DNA from: a virus
Length of the DNA: 64,000 nucleotides
IMG/VR virus record: IMGVR_UViG_3300022842_000007
Location: 28,111 to 92,110 of that record
Direction: 5' to 3' (one strand)
The number at the start of each line of letters is the position of its first letter. Within the stretch, counting starts at the first letter, position 1. The notes beneath the pieces are model-generated. The model did not search any database. It saw only the letters and a program-made list of their open reading frames with translations, and was not told the DNA's origin. Of this stretch, positions 1 through 9,677 are shown piece after piece. Both the position numbers and the translations under genes were made by a program.

Positions 1-27
1 CTTTCTTTGCAGTGATTCACTAAAAGA

Positions 28-35
28 GATAAATA
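28..35 (+). promoter_or_regulatory. T4-type late promoter (GATAAATA), 5 nt before the ATG at 41
   Basis: Matches the T4 gp55 late consensus TATAAATA; the motif recurs before most structural genes in the window. Confidence 0.75.
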
Positions 36-40
36 GTATT

Positions 41-2962
41 ATGGCCATAGATCAAGAAACATACAATACACGACTTTTCAAAAACTTAGATGTGCGAGGT
101 TATAAGCCAGTACCTAAGGATGCAAATAATGAGAGAACCAATCCACAACTTGCAGAAATAATAGAGTTTCAATTCATTAAAGACGGTGAAAACTACGGCA
201 AATGCTGGGCAACCATCGACAAAGCATCACAATTAAAAATATACTACGATACTAAGGTCTCGGAAAGTCCTCCAGGCCAAACAAAAGGAGTAGAATACGA
301 TGACTCCTGGTATGGCTTAATAAAACACCTAAAAAAATGGGCAATGGATAAACAATTATCATTCGATTTGATAGACAATCCAAAACAGATAAACGGTGAC
401 ATGAAGCAAAGGGAACATTATAAAATGAAAGAAAAAACAAATGAAGCGTATCATGCAGTCAACAAAACAACTTCGTACAACGACAACATACCAAATGTAA
501 AAGTTGTTATACAGCATGATAGAGCAGTACAAGAAGGCGAACAACGTTGGAGAAATGTACAGAAAATCTTCGTAGAAAATACAGAAGGTGAAAGATTTGC
601 GGTCCCTACTAGAATGCCTGGCATTGCACGAGTCTATGGTAGACACGTAGCAGAAGGCGGAACACCTTATGATGAACGTGGTAAGCACATCACTGCATTA
701 GTAGAAGAATACACTAAAATGGCGGGATTTGTCCGCGCCACTCGGAAAGGACAATTTAATGAATCAGTTGCGAAACTGATAGCAGAAGGCATCAACCATC
801 ACAAATCATTAAAAGAATCATTGCAAAGAATGCAAAGTCATAGAGGTTACAATCATTACTTCGAGTCTTGGACTCCACCATTAATGGAAGATGAGAGTGA
901 TTCATCCAGCATCGCAGAGATGTTTGCACAAGACACAATTGATCCACGAATTGAAAGTGTTTTACCTATTCTAAACAGATTAAACAGTGGCATCATTAAT
1001 GAAATTGAAGAAGTCAATGAGTTAGATCAGTGGGCTAAAGGAATCACGGAGATTACCGAAGCGCAAGAAGAGCGTCCATACATTTGCGTACATGCGCGAA
1101 AAGGCAGACACGAATGTCATGCGTCATCTTCATACGAAGCCGTTAAGAAAGCCGCGGATCATTGGAAATTAAAGTCAACGGCAGGCATTGATGCTTATCT
1201 AGCAGATGTTACTCATAGTACAGCGTCACTTGAAGAAGATTCTGGTTGTGCATGTGGATGTGGACCAAAAGACAAATGCACATGTGATGCGAGTTGCACT
1301 AAATGCGACTGTGCGAAAGACGACCTGAAAGAAGGGGCAATGTCTGAAATTCACATAGATGCTCAAGAAATGAGCAAAGAAGAATTTACAAAGAAACACC
1401 CCAAATTTGCCAAAGATTATGATTCAATTAATGCGTCTGCTCGTGATGAGAAAAAACCGACACAGGGTGAACTTGCTTTGCAAGGAGAACTTAATTTAAA
1501 AGAAGAATCGGTTTCCAAATTTGACGTTAAAGCTTTTGTCGCTAACCTGGAAAAGCAATATTCAGATGATGAAGGCAGTATTAAGCTTCTTGTTAAACAA
1601 AGAGTGTTAGAACTGAAGGCAGAATACCGAAAAAGTAAGCACGGGGACGCCAACACAGCAAAGAAAATACGGTTTCTTGAGCAATACCTACAACGTGAAG
1701 GGTATGCTCAAGTAGGTACTGCCGCAACGGCAGCCGAGAGAGAAATGAAGAAGCAGATTGGTACATTTGGTAGAGGGAAGATAGACCCCTCAGGAGCTGA
1801 TAATATGGATAGCAAAATTTCAATAGGTAAAGCATTAAGTGGGATTATAGGCATGGCCGCAGAGAGTCTTAACGAGTTCCAAGAAGAAGACTTCGATGAT
1901 GATCGTGAAGATGCACCCAAAAAATACAAACCTATATTAGTTGATATGGAAGGTAATGAAGTAGATTTGCCGTATCATACCAAAGACTTTAGAGGAGATC
2001 CTCTTACAGTAATAGGCTTCGAAGCACCTAGACACACAGCATCATCAGGAAGAATCTATACAGACACTGATAGAAGTTTTTTCCCAAGTGTAGCAAAATT
2101 AAAAATTATAAATCACGAATTTGATGACAATTTAGATGAGGCCGGCATGCCTTCGTCTGTTATTAAAAACAAACAGAGATTGGCTAGTATGTCAGATATT
2201 GAATTAGCAAAACTTCTCGGTAGCAAATCAAGTGAAGAACTAAAACAAATGGCATGGAGACACGGCTACAAAATGAAGTCTAATTACTATATAGACAGAG
2301 TTGCCAGGGGTTCTAAAGTAGATGAATCTGGTACGAAAACAGGTGCGCATGGTTATACTGTCCACACTGACGGTGCCCCATTAAGTTTTGCAGACTGGTG
2401 TAGCGAAAACAAGAGCGAAGATGCAGTATCGACAGATAATCGCAGTAAGGACGAACTAGAAGCATCATATAAAGAATACCGGAATGCAGTATCCTCTGCT
2501 CGCATGCAAGAGGACAATGAATTGTCTGAGATTAGAAAGTTGTCGGGCCATACCAAAGAAGCTAGTGTTGATGAAACGAGCGCAGGTGGCATGGACTTTG
2601 CTGGACATTTTAAAACAGGACCAGCTGGTCAGTGGAAGAATACAGGCAAGACTAAAGGTAAGCCTGCTAAAGTAGGTGACTTGGTTGGTGCAGAAGAAAG
2701 TGCAGATCCCTTGAAAGAAGACGAGATAGAATATGGAGAAGGTGATCTTGTAATCCTCAGAGGACAATCATACTACTTGCATATTGATGGAAACGGTACT
2801 ATATGGGCTGAGGATGATGACGGCGGAAGCTATGAGTTTATCCCAGGCACTGAACAACACCATGATCCTGCAGGTGAGAAAGAAGAAGAGATCGATGATA
2901 TTGATTTCGATCTAAACGAAGCAAATGACTTGCTCAATATTATCAAAAACATCAGAATATGA
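41..2962 (+). CDS. Large acidic virion/prohead-associated protein, probably processed into modules
   Basis: 973 aa; late promoter; many (L/I/V)-x-E motifs (ITE, LEE, LKE, LNE, LDE, VDE) separating short unrelated modules; one Cys-rich module. Confidence 0.6.
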   Translation: MAIDQETYNTRLFKNLDVRGYKPVPKDANNERTNPQLAEIIEFQFIKDGENYGKCWATIDKASQLKIYYDTKVSESPPGQTKGVEYDDSWYGLIKHLKKWAMDKQLSFDLIDNPKQINGDMKQREHYKMKEKTNEAYHAVNKTTSYNDNIPNVKVVIQHDRAVQEGEQRWRNVQKIFVENTEGERFAVPTRMPGIARVYGRHVAEGGTPYDERGKHITALVEEYTKMAGFVRATRKGQFNESVAKLIAEGINHHKSLKESLQRMQSHRGYNHYFESWTPPLMEDESDSSSIAEMFAQDTIDPRIESVLPILNRLNSGIINEIEEVNELDQWAKGITEITEAQEERPYICVHARKGRHECHASSSYEAVKKAADHWKLKSTAGIDAYLADVTHSTASLEEDSGCACGCGPKDKCTCDASCTKCDCAKDDLKEGAMSEIHIDAQEMSKEEFTKKHPKFAKDYDSINASARDEKKPTQGELALQGELNLKEESVSKFDVKAFVANLEKQYSDDEGSIKLLVKQRVLELKAEYRKSKHGDANTAKKIRFLEQYLQREGYAQVGTAATAAEREMKKQIGTFGRGKIDPSGADNMDSKISIGKALSGIIGMAAESLNEFQEEDFDDDREDAPKKYKPILVDMEGNEVDLPYHTKDFRGDPLTVIGFEAPRHTASSGRIYTDTDRSFFPSVAKLKIINHEFDDNLDEAGMPSSVIKNKQRLASMSDIELAKLLGSKSSEELKQMAWRHGYKMKSNYYIDRVARGSKVDESGTKTGAHGYTVHTDGAPLSFADWCSENKSEDAVSTDNRSKDELEASYKEYRNAVSSARMQEDNELSEIRKLSGHTKEASVDETSAGGMDFAGHFKTGPAGQWKNTGKTKGKPAKVGDLVGAEESADPLKEDEIEYGEGDLVILRGQSYYLHIDGNGTIWAEDDDGGSYEFIPGTEQHHDPAGEKEEEIDDIDFDLNEANDLLNIIKNIRI

Positions 2963-3171
2963 AATTTATATTTTCCATTCTGATAGCATTTAGTTTAACT
3001 AATTGTGCTACTATCCCCAAAGGCGATACGGCCTTTACAGAAATGGCTGGGAGACCAGTCAATATTCGTCTAATAGGACAGAAAGAAATGTGTGAACGTG
3101 AGCCAGAATCACTATTATGCGATGTCGAAGACGATGAGATAGACAACACAACCGAGAGCGACAACTTATGA
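2959..3171 (+). CDS. Small lipoprotein
   Basis: MKFIFSILIAFSLTNC is a signal peptide with a lipobox Cys; ATGA overlap with the upstream gene. Confidence 0.65.
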   Translation: MKFIFSILIAFSLTNCATIPKGDTAFTEMAGRPVNIRLIGQKEMCEREPESLLCDVEDDEIDNTTESDNL

Positions 3172-3512
3172 GCGTAAACTATAGAGAATTAGCAGTGTTA
3201 TTAGATTCACCTAAAGGAACAGGCAAGACCACTAGTATGGTTAACCAAGCCAAAGAGATAGGGGCGACAGTAATCGTCACTAATCCGCACATGCATTTAG
3301 GTCTCGGAAAGGCACACCAAATCGATACAGTAGGACTAAAACAATTACATACACTACATGGACTTAGAAAACCTTTATTAATCGATCACCATGCAATCAG
3401 TACGGTACTACTTGAAATGCAAAACGAGATCGACCGATTAACCTTTATAACCAATTCCAGCTGGTTGAGACGATTCTTTTCTTGGTTTGTCGTAAAACCA
3501 GCCAACGTTTAA
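3168..3512 (+). CDS. Small P-loop-containing hypothetical protein
   Basis: Walker A-like SPKGTGKTT and Walker B-like LLIDH in 114 aa; ATGA coupling. Confidence 0.55.
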   Translation: MSVNYRELAVLLDSPKGTGKTTSMVNQAKEIGATVIVTNPHMHLGLGKAHQIDTVGLKQLHTLHGLRKPLLIDHHAISTVLLEMQNEIDRLTFITNSSWLRRFFSWFVVKPANV

Positions 3513-3515
3513 CCA

Positions 3516-3926
3516 ATGAGTAAAGAAATAGCAATCAAAGTCCACAAACTAGTCGAAAGTAAATTCACCTATATTCACGATGATAAGCAATACATGCAGG
3601 CCGAACATTGGACGAGTCATGCTAAAGAAGTATTGGCTGGCAACGACTTTAAAGATGATTGTGACGGATTTGCTAACACTTGCGCAGAACTATTAATCAG
3701 AGAAGGCATCGATAGAAAAAAGGTGTCTATTGCATATTGCGTAACTGAAACAGGCGAAGATCATCTAGTATGTGGTGTCGTGATTGACGGCAAGACTTAT
3801 ATATTAGAAAACAGATTCAGTGAGATATACGATTGGAAAGACAAGACAAAGTATGATTTTAAATACTATATGAAGATGGACGATCCAGGCCAATGGTTTG
3901 AATTACCAACCAACCAACCTTATTAA
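3516..3926 (+). CDS. Transglutaminase-like cysteine proteinase (BTLCP/LapG-like)
   Basis: DDCDGFA (catalytic Cys), EDHLVC (His) and YILENR, the BTLCP Cys-His-acid pattern. Confidence 0.7.
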   Translation: MSKEIAIKVHKLVESKFTYIHDDKQYMQAEHWTSHAKEVLAGNDFKDDCDGFANTCAELLIREGIDRKKVSIAYCVTETGEDHLVCGVVIDGKTYILENRFSEIYDWKDKTKYDFKYYMKMDDPGQWFELPTNQPY

Positions 3927-3951
3927 AAAATAATTAAACGGGTAAATTCGG

Positions 3952-3991
3952 GATAAATACATATTGACACAGGTAGCTATTAGTGTATAAT
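3952..3991 (+). promoter_or_regulatory. Tandem late (GATAAATA 3952-3959) and sigma70-type (TTGACA-N16-TATAAT, 3964-3991) promoters of the SSB gene
   Basis: Exact consensus hexamers read directly from the sequence. Confidence 0.75.
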
Positions 3992-4101
3992 AGTTAAATG
4001 TGTTAGATACTGTTTTGAATAAAACTACACAAGTGAGACTTCGGTCTTACGACTACTAAACGAAAGCTAAAATTAAAGCATATTACAAAGGAGAAACAAG
4101 T

Positions 4102-5133
4102 ATGGCAAGTCTAGCTGACATCCGTGCCCGTCTGGCGGAACAAGAAACAAACACTAATACCCCTAAATCTGACGGGGCGATATATCCACATTGGAATATA
4201 GACGTAGGTGCATTAGCAACTGTGCGCTTCCTACCCGATGGCGATCCAGAGAACGCATTCTTTTGGATCGAACGTCAAATCATCAAACTACCATTTAATG
4301 GTATAAAAGGTGATACAAACTCAAAACACACCACTGTGCAAGTTCCTTGCGTAGAAATGTTTGGAGACAACTGTCCTATACTCGCAGAAGTTCGTCCTTG
4401 GTACAAAGACGAAACATTAAAAGCTATGGCAGGGAAATATTGGAAGAAACGTACTTACATCTTCCAAGGGTTTGTACGTCAAAATCCGATCGGAGAGGAC
4501 GAGACTCCTGCGAACCCAATTCGTAGATTCATTGTTGCACCACAAATCTTTGCTGGTATCAAAGCATCATTAATGGATACTGAGATTGAAGAAATGCCAA
4601 CTGATTCACTGCGTGGTCTTGATTTTAATATCAGAAAGACGCAGAAAGGTGAGTATGCTGATTATGCAACTTCGTCTTGGTCTCGTAAAGAGACTGCATT
4701 GACTGAAGCAGAACAAGCGGCTGTCGATGCGCATGGTCTATGGGATCTAAAAGAATTCTTACCCAAGAAGCCAAGTGAGTCAGAGTTACGTGTTATCAAA
4801 GAAATGTTTGAAGCATCAGTTGATGGTCTTCCATATGATCTTGAGAAGTGGGGAGCATACTATCGTCCATATGGTATGCAACTACCAGATCAGGCCTCAA
4901 AATCTGATTCTGCGGCACCAGCAGATCCTGCAACACCTGCAACACCTGCAACACCAGCAGATCCTGCACCACTACCAGAGGCGGCTATACCACAAGCCGC
5001 ATCACAGGCACCAGCTGAACCTGAGGCAAATATTCAAACCCCAAGTGCTGAACCTGTTAAAGATCCAGGTACTTCAAGTGATAAAGCACAAGACATTCTA
5101 GCAATGATTCGTGCAAGACAACGTACTGATTAA
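4102..5133 (+). CDS. gp32: Single-stranded DNA-binding protein (T4 gp32-like)
   Basis: VRFLP, Zn-ligand region VPC...NCPI, YWKKR, DFNIRK...YADY..S; strong RBS AAAGGAG; Pro/Ala-rich tail. Confidence 0.9.
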   Translation: MASLADIRARLAEQETNTNTPKSDGAIYPHWNIDVGALATVRFLPDGDPENAFFWIERQIIKLPFNGIKGDTNSKHTTVQVPCVEMFGDNCPILAEVRPWYKDETLKAMAGKYWKKRTYIFQGFVRQNPIGEDETPANPIRRFIVAPQIFAGIKASLMDTEIEEMPTDSLRGLDFNIRKTQKGEYADYATSSWSRKETALTEAEQAAVDAHGLWDLKEFLPKKPSESELRVIKEMFEASVDGLPYDLEKWGAYYRPYGMQLPDQASKSDSAAPADPATPATPATPADPAPLPEAAIPQAASQAPAEPEANIQTPSAEPVKDPGTSSDKAQDILAMIRARQRTD

Positions 5134-5143
5134 TATGGTTATC

Positions 5144-5168
5144 GGGGGAAGGCAACTTCCCCCATTTT
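5144..5168 (+). terminator. Rho-independent terminator after gp32
   Basis: GGGGGAAG-GCAA-CTTCCCCC then ATTTT. Confidence 0.7.
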
Positions 5169-5182
5169 GCAGGAGAAAAACA

Positions 5183-5407
5183 ATGACCTTACCAGAAGAA
5201 AGATTCAGGGCTCTCAAACAAGGCAAAAAATTATTAGAAGAATTATGCGACCCAGGCAAGACTCCAAGAGTTCCAAGTCTCGTTAGAGATAGGGCCAAAG
5301 CCGCACTTAGACATTTTCCTACTGATTTTGATTTAGATGATATTTTACAAAGTTGCCCAGAGTTACTAGATAAACCAACAATTCCAAAAAAACAATCTAA
5401 CCGATAG
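5183..5407 (+). CDS. Hypothetical phage protein (start moved to the ATG after AGGAG)
   Basis: MTLPEERFRAL...ALRHFP; RBS AGGAG at 5171-5175. Confidence 0.7.
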   Translation: MTLPEERFRALKQGKKLLEELCDPGKTPRVPSLVRDRAKAALRHFPTDFDLDDILQSCPELLDKPTIPKKQSNR

Positions 5408-5416
5408 GAGAATATT

Positions 5417-6499
5417 TTGGCTAAACCATTTGATGTGTCGAAATTTAGGAAAGACATAACAAAGTCCATTGAAGGACTTTCAGTAGGATTTCATGATCCA
5501 ACAGACTGGATCAGTACTGGCTCATATGCACTTAATTATTTAATCAGTGGAGACTTTCATAAAGGAGTCCCCTTAGGAAAAGTAACAGTCTTTGCAGGCG
5601 AATCAGGCGCAGGTAAATCATACTTTGCCGCCGGCAACATAGTGAAGTCAGCACAAGATCAAGGTATCTTTGTAGTCTTAATTGACACAGAGAATGCACT
5701 TGATGAGGCTTGGTTACAGGCTTTGCAAGTTGACACTAGCCCAGAAAAGTTAATTAAACTTAGTATGAGTATGATCGACGATGTAGCAAAAACTATATCA
5801 ACCTTTATGATAGATTACAAAGCGATGGCAGAAGAGGAACGTCCCAAAGTTCTGTTTGTAATTGATTCACTGGGTATGATGCTAACACCGACTGATGTTG
5901 CACAGTTTGAAAAAGGTGACATGAAAGGAGATATGGGTCGAAAACCCAAAGCACTTACATCTTTAGTAAGAAACACAGTTAATATGTTCGGCAGTTACAA
6001 TGTTGGACTCGTCGCAACCAATCACACATACGCATCACAAGATATGTTTGACCCAGATGACAAGATATCAGGTGGTCAAGGATTTATCTACGCATCAAGT
6101 ATCGTTGTTGCTATGAAAAAGATGAAACTGAAAGAAGATGATGATGGTAACAAGATTTCTGATGTCAGAGGTATTCGTGCAGGATGTAAAGTAATGAAGA
6201 CTCGTTATGCAAAACCTTTTGAAGGTGTGCAAGTGAAGATTCCTTACGAGACGGGCATGAACCCACATTCTGGACTTGTAGACTTGTTTGAAAAAGGAGG
6301 CGTGTTAACTAAGCAAGGGAATCGTTTAAAGTACATCACTCAAGATGGCACTGAAATTCTTCAATTTAGAAAGCCTTGGGAAGCTAATGTAGACGGTTGT
6401 TTAGATAAAGTGATGGAAGAATATGCTGAAGTCAAAGAAGCACTAGACAAACAAACTAACGAACAAGCTCAGGAAACTGAAGAAGGGGTATTACAGTGA
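5417..6499 (+). CDS. uvsX: RecA-like recombinase UvsX
   Basis: Walker A GESGAGKS, IDTENALD, VIDSLG, TNHTY, SGGQG; TTG start after AGGAG. Confidence 0.95.
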   Translation: MAKPFDVSKFRKDITKSIEGLSVGFHDPTDWISTGSYALNYLISGDFHKGVPLGKVTVFAGESGAGKSYFAAGNIVKSAQDQGIFVVLIDTENALDEAWLQALQVDTSPEKLIKLSMSMIDDVAKTISTFMIDYKAMAEEERPKVLFVIDSLGMMLTPTDVAQFEKGDMKGDMGRKPKALTSLVRNTVNMFGSYNVGLVATNHTYASQDMFDPDDKISGGQGFIYASSIVVAMKKMKLKEDDDGNKISDVRGIRAGCKVMKTRYAKPFEGVQVKIPYETGMNPHSGLVDLFEKGGVLTKQGNRLKYITQDGTEILQFRKPWEANVDGCLDKVMEEYAEVKEALDKQTNEQAQETEEGVLQ

Positions 6500-6741
6500 A
6501 CGTATCAGACTTAGCTGAAGTTTGGACACTAATCAAACCAAGTATTGTAGATGGTGATGTAAATGAAGCATCTGATCTATTGATTAATCACTTGATTGAT
6601 GGTGGACATTCTGCAATTGAACTTAAAAAAGCATTCGGAGATGACGAATCTATCACAGCGGCACTATCATATTTCACAGACGTTGATGTTGATGATAATG
6701 ACGATGAGGATGAGGATGACACCGACGATAATTGGGATTAG
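6496..6741 (+). CDS. Hypothetical acidic protein
   Basis: GTGA overlap with uvsX; Asp-rich C-terminus. Confidence 0.6.
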   Translation: MNVSDLAEVWTLIKPSIVDGDVNEASDLLINHLIDGGHSAIELKKAFGDDESITAALSYFTDVDVDDNDDEDEDDTDDNWD

Positions 6742-6751
6742 TGAGCATAAA

Positions 6752-6943
6752 ATGAGTAAACCAGATCCTCATAGCTACCTTAACTTAAACGTTTATATTA
6801 AAGACATGAAAAGTTATGCACAACGGGTAGGTAAGAACCCTAATAAATTTGAACTGTATCGGTACAAAGAGTTAGGGATTTATTCAATAACCGATCTGGT
6901 AGCACATCGCAAAAACAATCCATGGAGCAAAGTGGACCTATGA
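6752..6943 (+). CDS. Hypothetical protein
   Basis: In-frame ATG at 6752 fills the gap; stop overlaps the uvsY start (ATGA). Confidence 0.5.
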   Translation: MSKPDPHSYLNLNVYIKDMKSYAQRVGKNPNKFELYRYKELGIYSITDLVAHRKNNPWSKVDL

Positions 6944-7398
6944 ATTGGTATACCAGAGTAAGCCATGATCTGTCTGTAATACCAGACTTTATTACTCATT
7001 ATGAAAATGAGTTGATATCGTCTAAGATCGATGTACGAATTACCGGTTCGGTAGAAAAGCAAATCACTGCCTTGCCAGGTGTCACTGAGCATCGCTTCAA
7101 TCAATTACAAGAGGTTGAAGCGATACTCAATTTACTTAACATTAAATTACGCAAGATTCGCAGAACTCACTTTCAAAAGTACTTAGAGAAGTATCAACGA
7201 GCATTGACCTCGCGTGATGCTGAGAAGTATGTAGATGGTGAAGATGAAGTCATTGACTTTGAATACTTGATTAATGAGGTTGCTTTACTAAGAAACAAAT
7301 ATTTAGGCATAATGAAAGGATTGGACGCTAAACAGTGGCAGATGGGACACATTGTACGTCTCAGGACTGCTGGAATGGAAGATATTAGAGTAGATTAA
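6940..7398 (+). CDS. uvsY: Recombination mediator UvsY
   Basis: Helical ~150 aa with DAEKYVDGE and C-terminal IMKGLDAKQWQMGHIVRLR; follows uvsX. Confidence 0.8.
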   Translation: MNWYTRVSHDLSVIPDFITHYENELISSKIDVRITGSVEKQITALPGVTEHRFNQLQEVEAILNLLNIKLRKIRRTHFQKYLEKYQRALTSRDAEKYVDGEDEVIDFEYLINEVALLRNKYLGIMKGLDAKQWQMGHIVRLRTAGMEDIRVD

Positions 7399-7429
7399 GT
7401 ATTATTTTACAAATTAAAGTGAAAAAGTG

Positions 7430-7459
7430 TTGACAACCTTACCCAAAAGGTGTTAAGAT
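7430..7459 (+). promoter_or_regulatory. Sigma70-type (early) promoter TTGACA-N18-TAAGAT with extended -10 TG
   Basis: Read directly; A-rich UP element; spacer contains TACCCAAAAG. Confidence 0.7.
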
Positions 7460-7500
7460 AACATCTTTAAACGCACTGACACTCTAAGGTAGAAAATAAT

Positions 7501-8553
7501 ATGTCTAAAAATATAGTTGTTAAATTTGGCGAATACAGAAATCAGCCAATTGTTAATCAAGAATTCGTTCTCGTTAAAGGCTTCTCAGAAGGCAAACGCG
7601 GTCCTTATATCACTGTTAGAAACGATGGTCAATTTCCAAATATCAGCACTGCTAATGTTAAAGTAAAACTTAATAACGTTAATGATGTTCTTTGGAGTGG
7701 TGACCCAGTACTAGCAAGTGAATTTATCTCGCAACCTGGTGTTGTAGAAGAAGATTTAATCATAGAATCTGATGATGAGGCTATGGACAGAATCAGAAGT
7801 AGATTCGATATCTTAGATGATATGGCGGCTGCCGCTATCAGTGGAGACATTAGAGCAATGATCGTCTCAGGTCCTCCAGGAGTAGGCAAGTCATATGGTG
7901 TTGAACAGCAAATGATAGGTGCTTCGTTGTTTAGTCAACTGGAAAAAAATGTATTACCTCGATATGAAGTCGTTAAGGGAGCGATGACAGCATTGGGACT
8001 TTACAGAGTTCTTTATAAGTTTTCTGATCCCAAGAACGTCTTGGTGTTTGATGACTGTGATTCGGTATTTACTGATGATCTTGCTCTTAACATTCTTAAA
8101 GCGGCATTAGATTCAGGTAAGTCTAGGAAGATTTGCTGGAACTCAGATTCAAGTCTATTACGTAAAGAAGACATTCCAAACTCATTCGAGTTCAAAGGTA
8201 GTGCAATCTTTATTACTAACTTGAAGTTCGAGAACATTAAGTCTAAGAAGTTACAAGATCACTTGGATGCTTTGCAATCTAGGTGTCACTTTCTCGATCT
8301 AACTATCGATACTGATCGCGACAAGATGTTGCGTATCAAACAAGTTGACAGAGATTGTGCTGGTGGCCTGTTTAGAGATTACGATTTCGAAGACGGTGAA
8401 GATGAACAGGTACTTCAGTTTATGGAAGATAACGCAGACAGGTTAAGAGAAGTCTCAATGAGAATGGCTCTTAAACTCGCTGACTTGTTTAAGATCCAGA
8501 AGGACAATAACTGGGTCTTGTTAGCTGAATCAACTTGTATGCGTAGAGGTTAA
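7501..8553 (+). CDS. AAA+-type ATPase with a small N-terminal beta domain
   Basis: GPPGVGKS Walker A, LVFDDCD Walker B, FITN sensor, ALQSR arginine finger. Confidence 0.85.
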   Translation: MSKNIVVKFGEYRNQPIVNQEFVLVKGFSEGKRGPYITVRNDGQFPNISTANVKVKLNNVNDVLWSGDPVLASEFISQPGVVEEDLIIESDDEAMDRIRSRFDILDDMAAAAISGDIRAMIVSGPPGVGKSYGVEQQMIGASLFSQLEKNVLPRYEVVKGAMTALGLYRVLYKFSDPKNVLVFDDCDSVFTDDLALNILKAALDSGKSRKICWNSDSSLLRKEDIPNSFEFKGSAIFITNLKFENIKSKKLQDHLDALQSRCHFLDLTIDTDRDKMLRIKQVDRDCAGGLFRDYDFEDGEDEQVLQFMEDNADRLREVSMRMALKLADLFKIQKDNNWVLLAESTCMRRG

Positions 8554-8573
8554 AACTCTGTGTCAGGAGTGTT

Positions 8574-8597
8574 GGCGCCTTTCGGGGCGCCTTTTTT
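8574..8597 (+). terminator. Rho-independent terminator
   Basis: GGCGCCT-TTCG-GGGCGCC-TTTTTT. Confidence 0.85.
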
Positions 8598-8600
8598 ATT

Positions 8601-8639
8601 ACCAAACAGTTTGGTTTAATAGTTTAAAGGATATATAAT
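8601..8639 (+). promoter_or_regulatory. CC-N7 class sigma70-type promoter (TTGGTT-N17-TATAAT), leaderless
   Basis: ATG 6 nt after the -10 box; no Shine-Dalgarno. Confidence 0.6.
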
Positions 8640-8645
8640 ATACAC

Positions 8646-9677
8646 ATGAGAGACGAATTTACATGCAAAGAACATATCCTTTGGTTTATGATGACCAATG
8701 CCATTAGCTTGTCTCATTACGATCATAAATTTATTTCCAATATGCAAGTGTTCACGCACGAAAAGAAACAAATTACAAGCAACCAATCAGCGTTATTTAA
8801 TAAGTTACTGGGTAAATACACAAAGCAATTAATTAAATGTAAAAAGGATCCAGTAGAACTTGTAAAACTTCCATGGAAATGCGAAGTAATTTCAAGTCTG
8901 CCTCAATATACTAATGCTAATGTTGCCTACGATTCTGAGAATAACCTATTAACAGTTAGGGCGCCATTCAAAAGGCAGTTCCTTCAATATCAGCAGGGAA
9001 AGAAGGGAAATCCATGGCTATGGAATCCAACGAAAAAACGATATGAGGCTGTACCCGATACAAGAGCATTACGGGTTGCATATGATCATTTGCCCAAGTT
9101 TTTCAATACTGTGTATCACGATGGCCTCAATGATCTAATAGCCGAGATGGAAAAAGAAAAACAGCAATTCAATCGGCCAACACTGACCATTATTAATGGA
9201 GAATATGTTGTTGCAGTTTCCAATAAAATATTAGATGAGAAACTCGAAGGAATAGAACTTAATGCTACACCACAATGCCTGTATCAAATGTCATTACTGG
9301 GCATCAGCGTAGACAGCATCATCTTACAAAACGATCCTAAGTTGCTGTTTGCTTCTAAATACGCTAATGAATGTGATGTAGATGATTTAGATAAGATTCT
9401 GTCATGGATAGCTGAGTTGGGTTGTCGTTACCTGAGCCACCAATACAGCATGGGTGGAGAAATCGGCGGAGAAGTAAGACGGGCACTTGAAAAGGCAGGC
9501 ATAGCGTTAATACCACCTGGGCCTAAGTTCGACAAGATAGCGAAGAAAAAATGTAACAACACCTTGCCAATGTTGTGTCAATTTACTTCTACTATTAACT
9601 CGGACCAACATCATGGAGCCGGTGCTGTTGGTAAAATAATTGTAATAAAAAATGGAAGAGCGATAAAAATATTATGA
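8646..9677 (+). CDS. Hypothetical protein translationally coupled to uvsW
   Basis: 343-aa ORF; ATGA overlap with uvsW. Confidence 0.7.
   Translation: MRDEFTCKEHILWFMMTNAISLSHYDHKFISNMQVFTHEKKQITSNQSALFNKLLGKYTKQLIKCKKDPVELVKLPWKCEVISSLPQYTNANVAYDSENNLLTVRAPFKRQFLQYQQGKKGNPWLWNPTKKRYEAVPDTRALRVAYDHLPKFFNTVYHDGLNDLIAEMEKEKQQFNRPTLTIINGEYVVAVSNKILDEKLEGIELNATPQCLYQMSLLGISVDSIILQNDPKLLFASKYANECDVDDLDKILSWIAELGCRYLSHQYSMGGEIGGEVRRALEKAGIALIPPGPKFDKIAKKKCNNTLPMLCQFTSTINSDQHHGAGAVGKIIVIKNGRAIKIL

Noticed and set aside
4918-4968. 9-bp tandem repeat (CCTGCAACA x3) in gp32
   Set aside because: In-frame PAT linker expansion in a disordered tail; no sign of phase variation.
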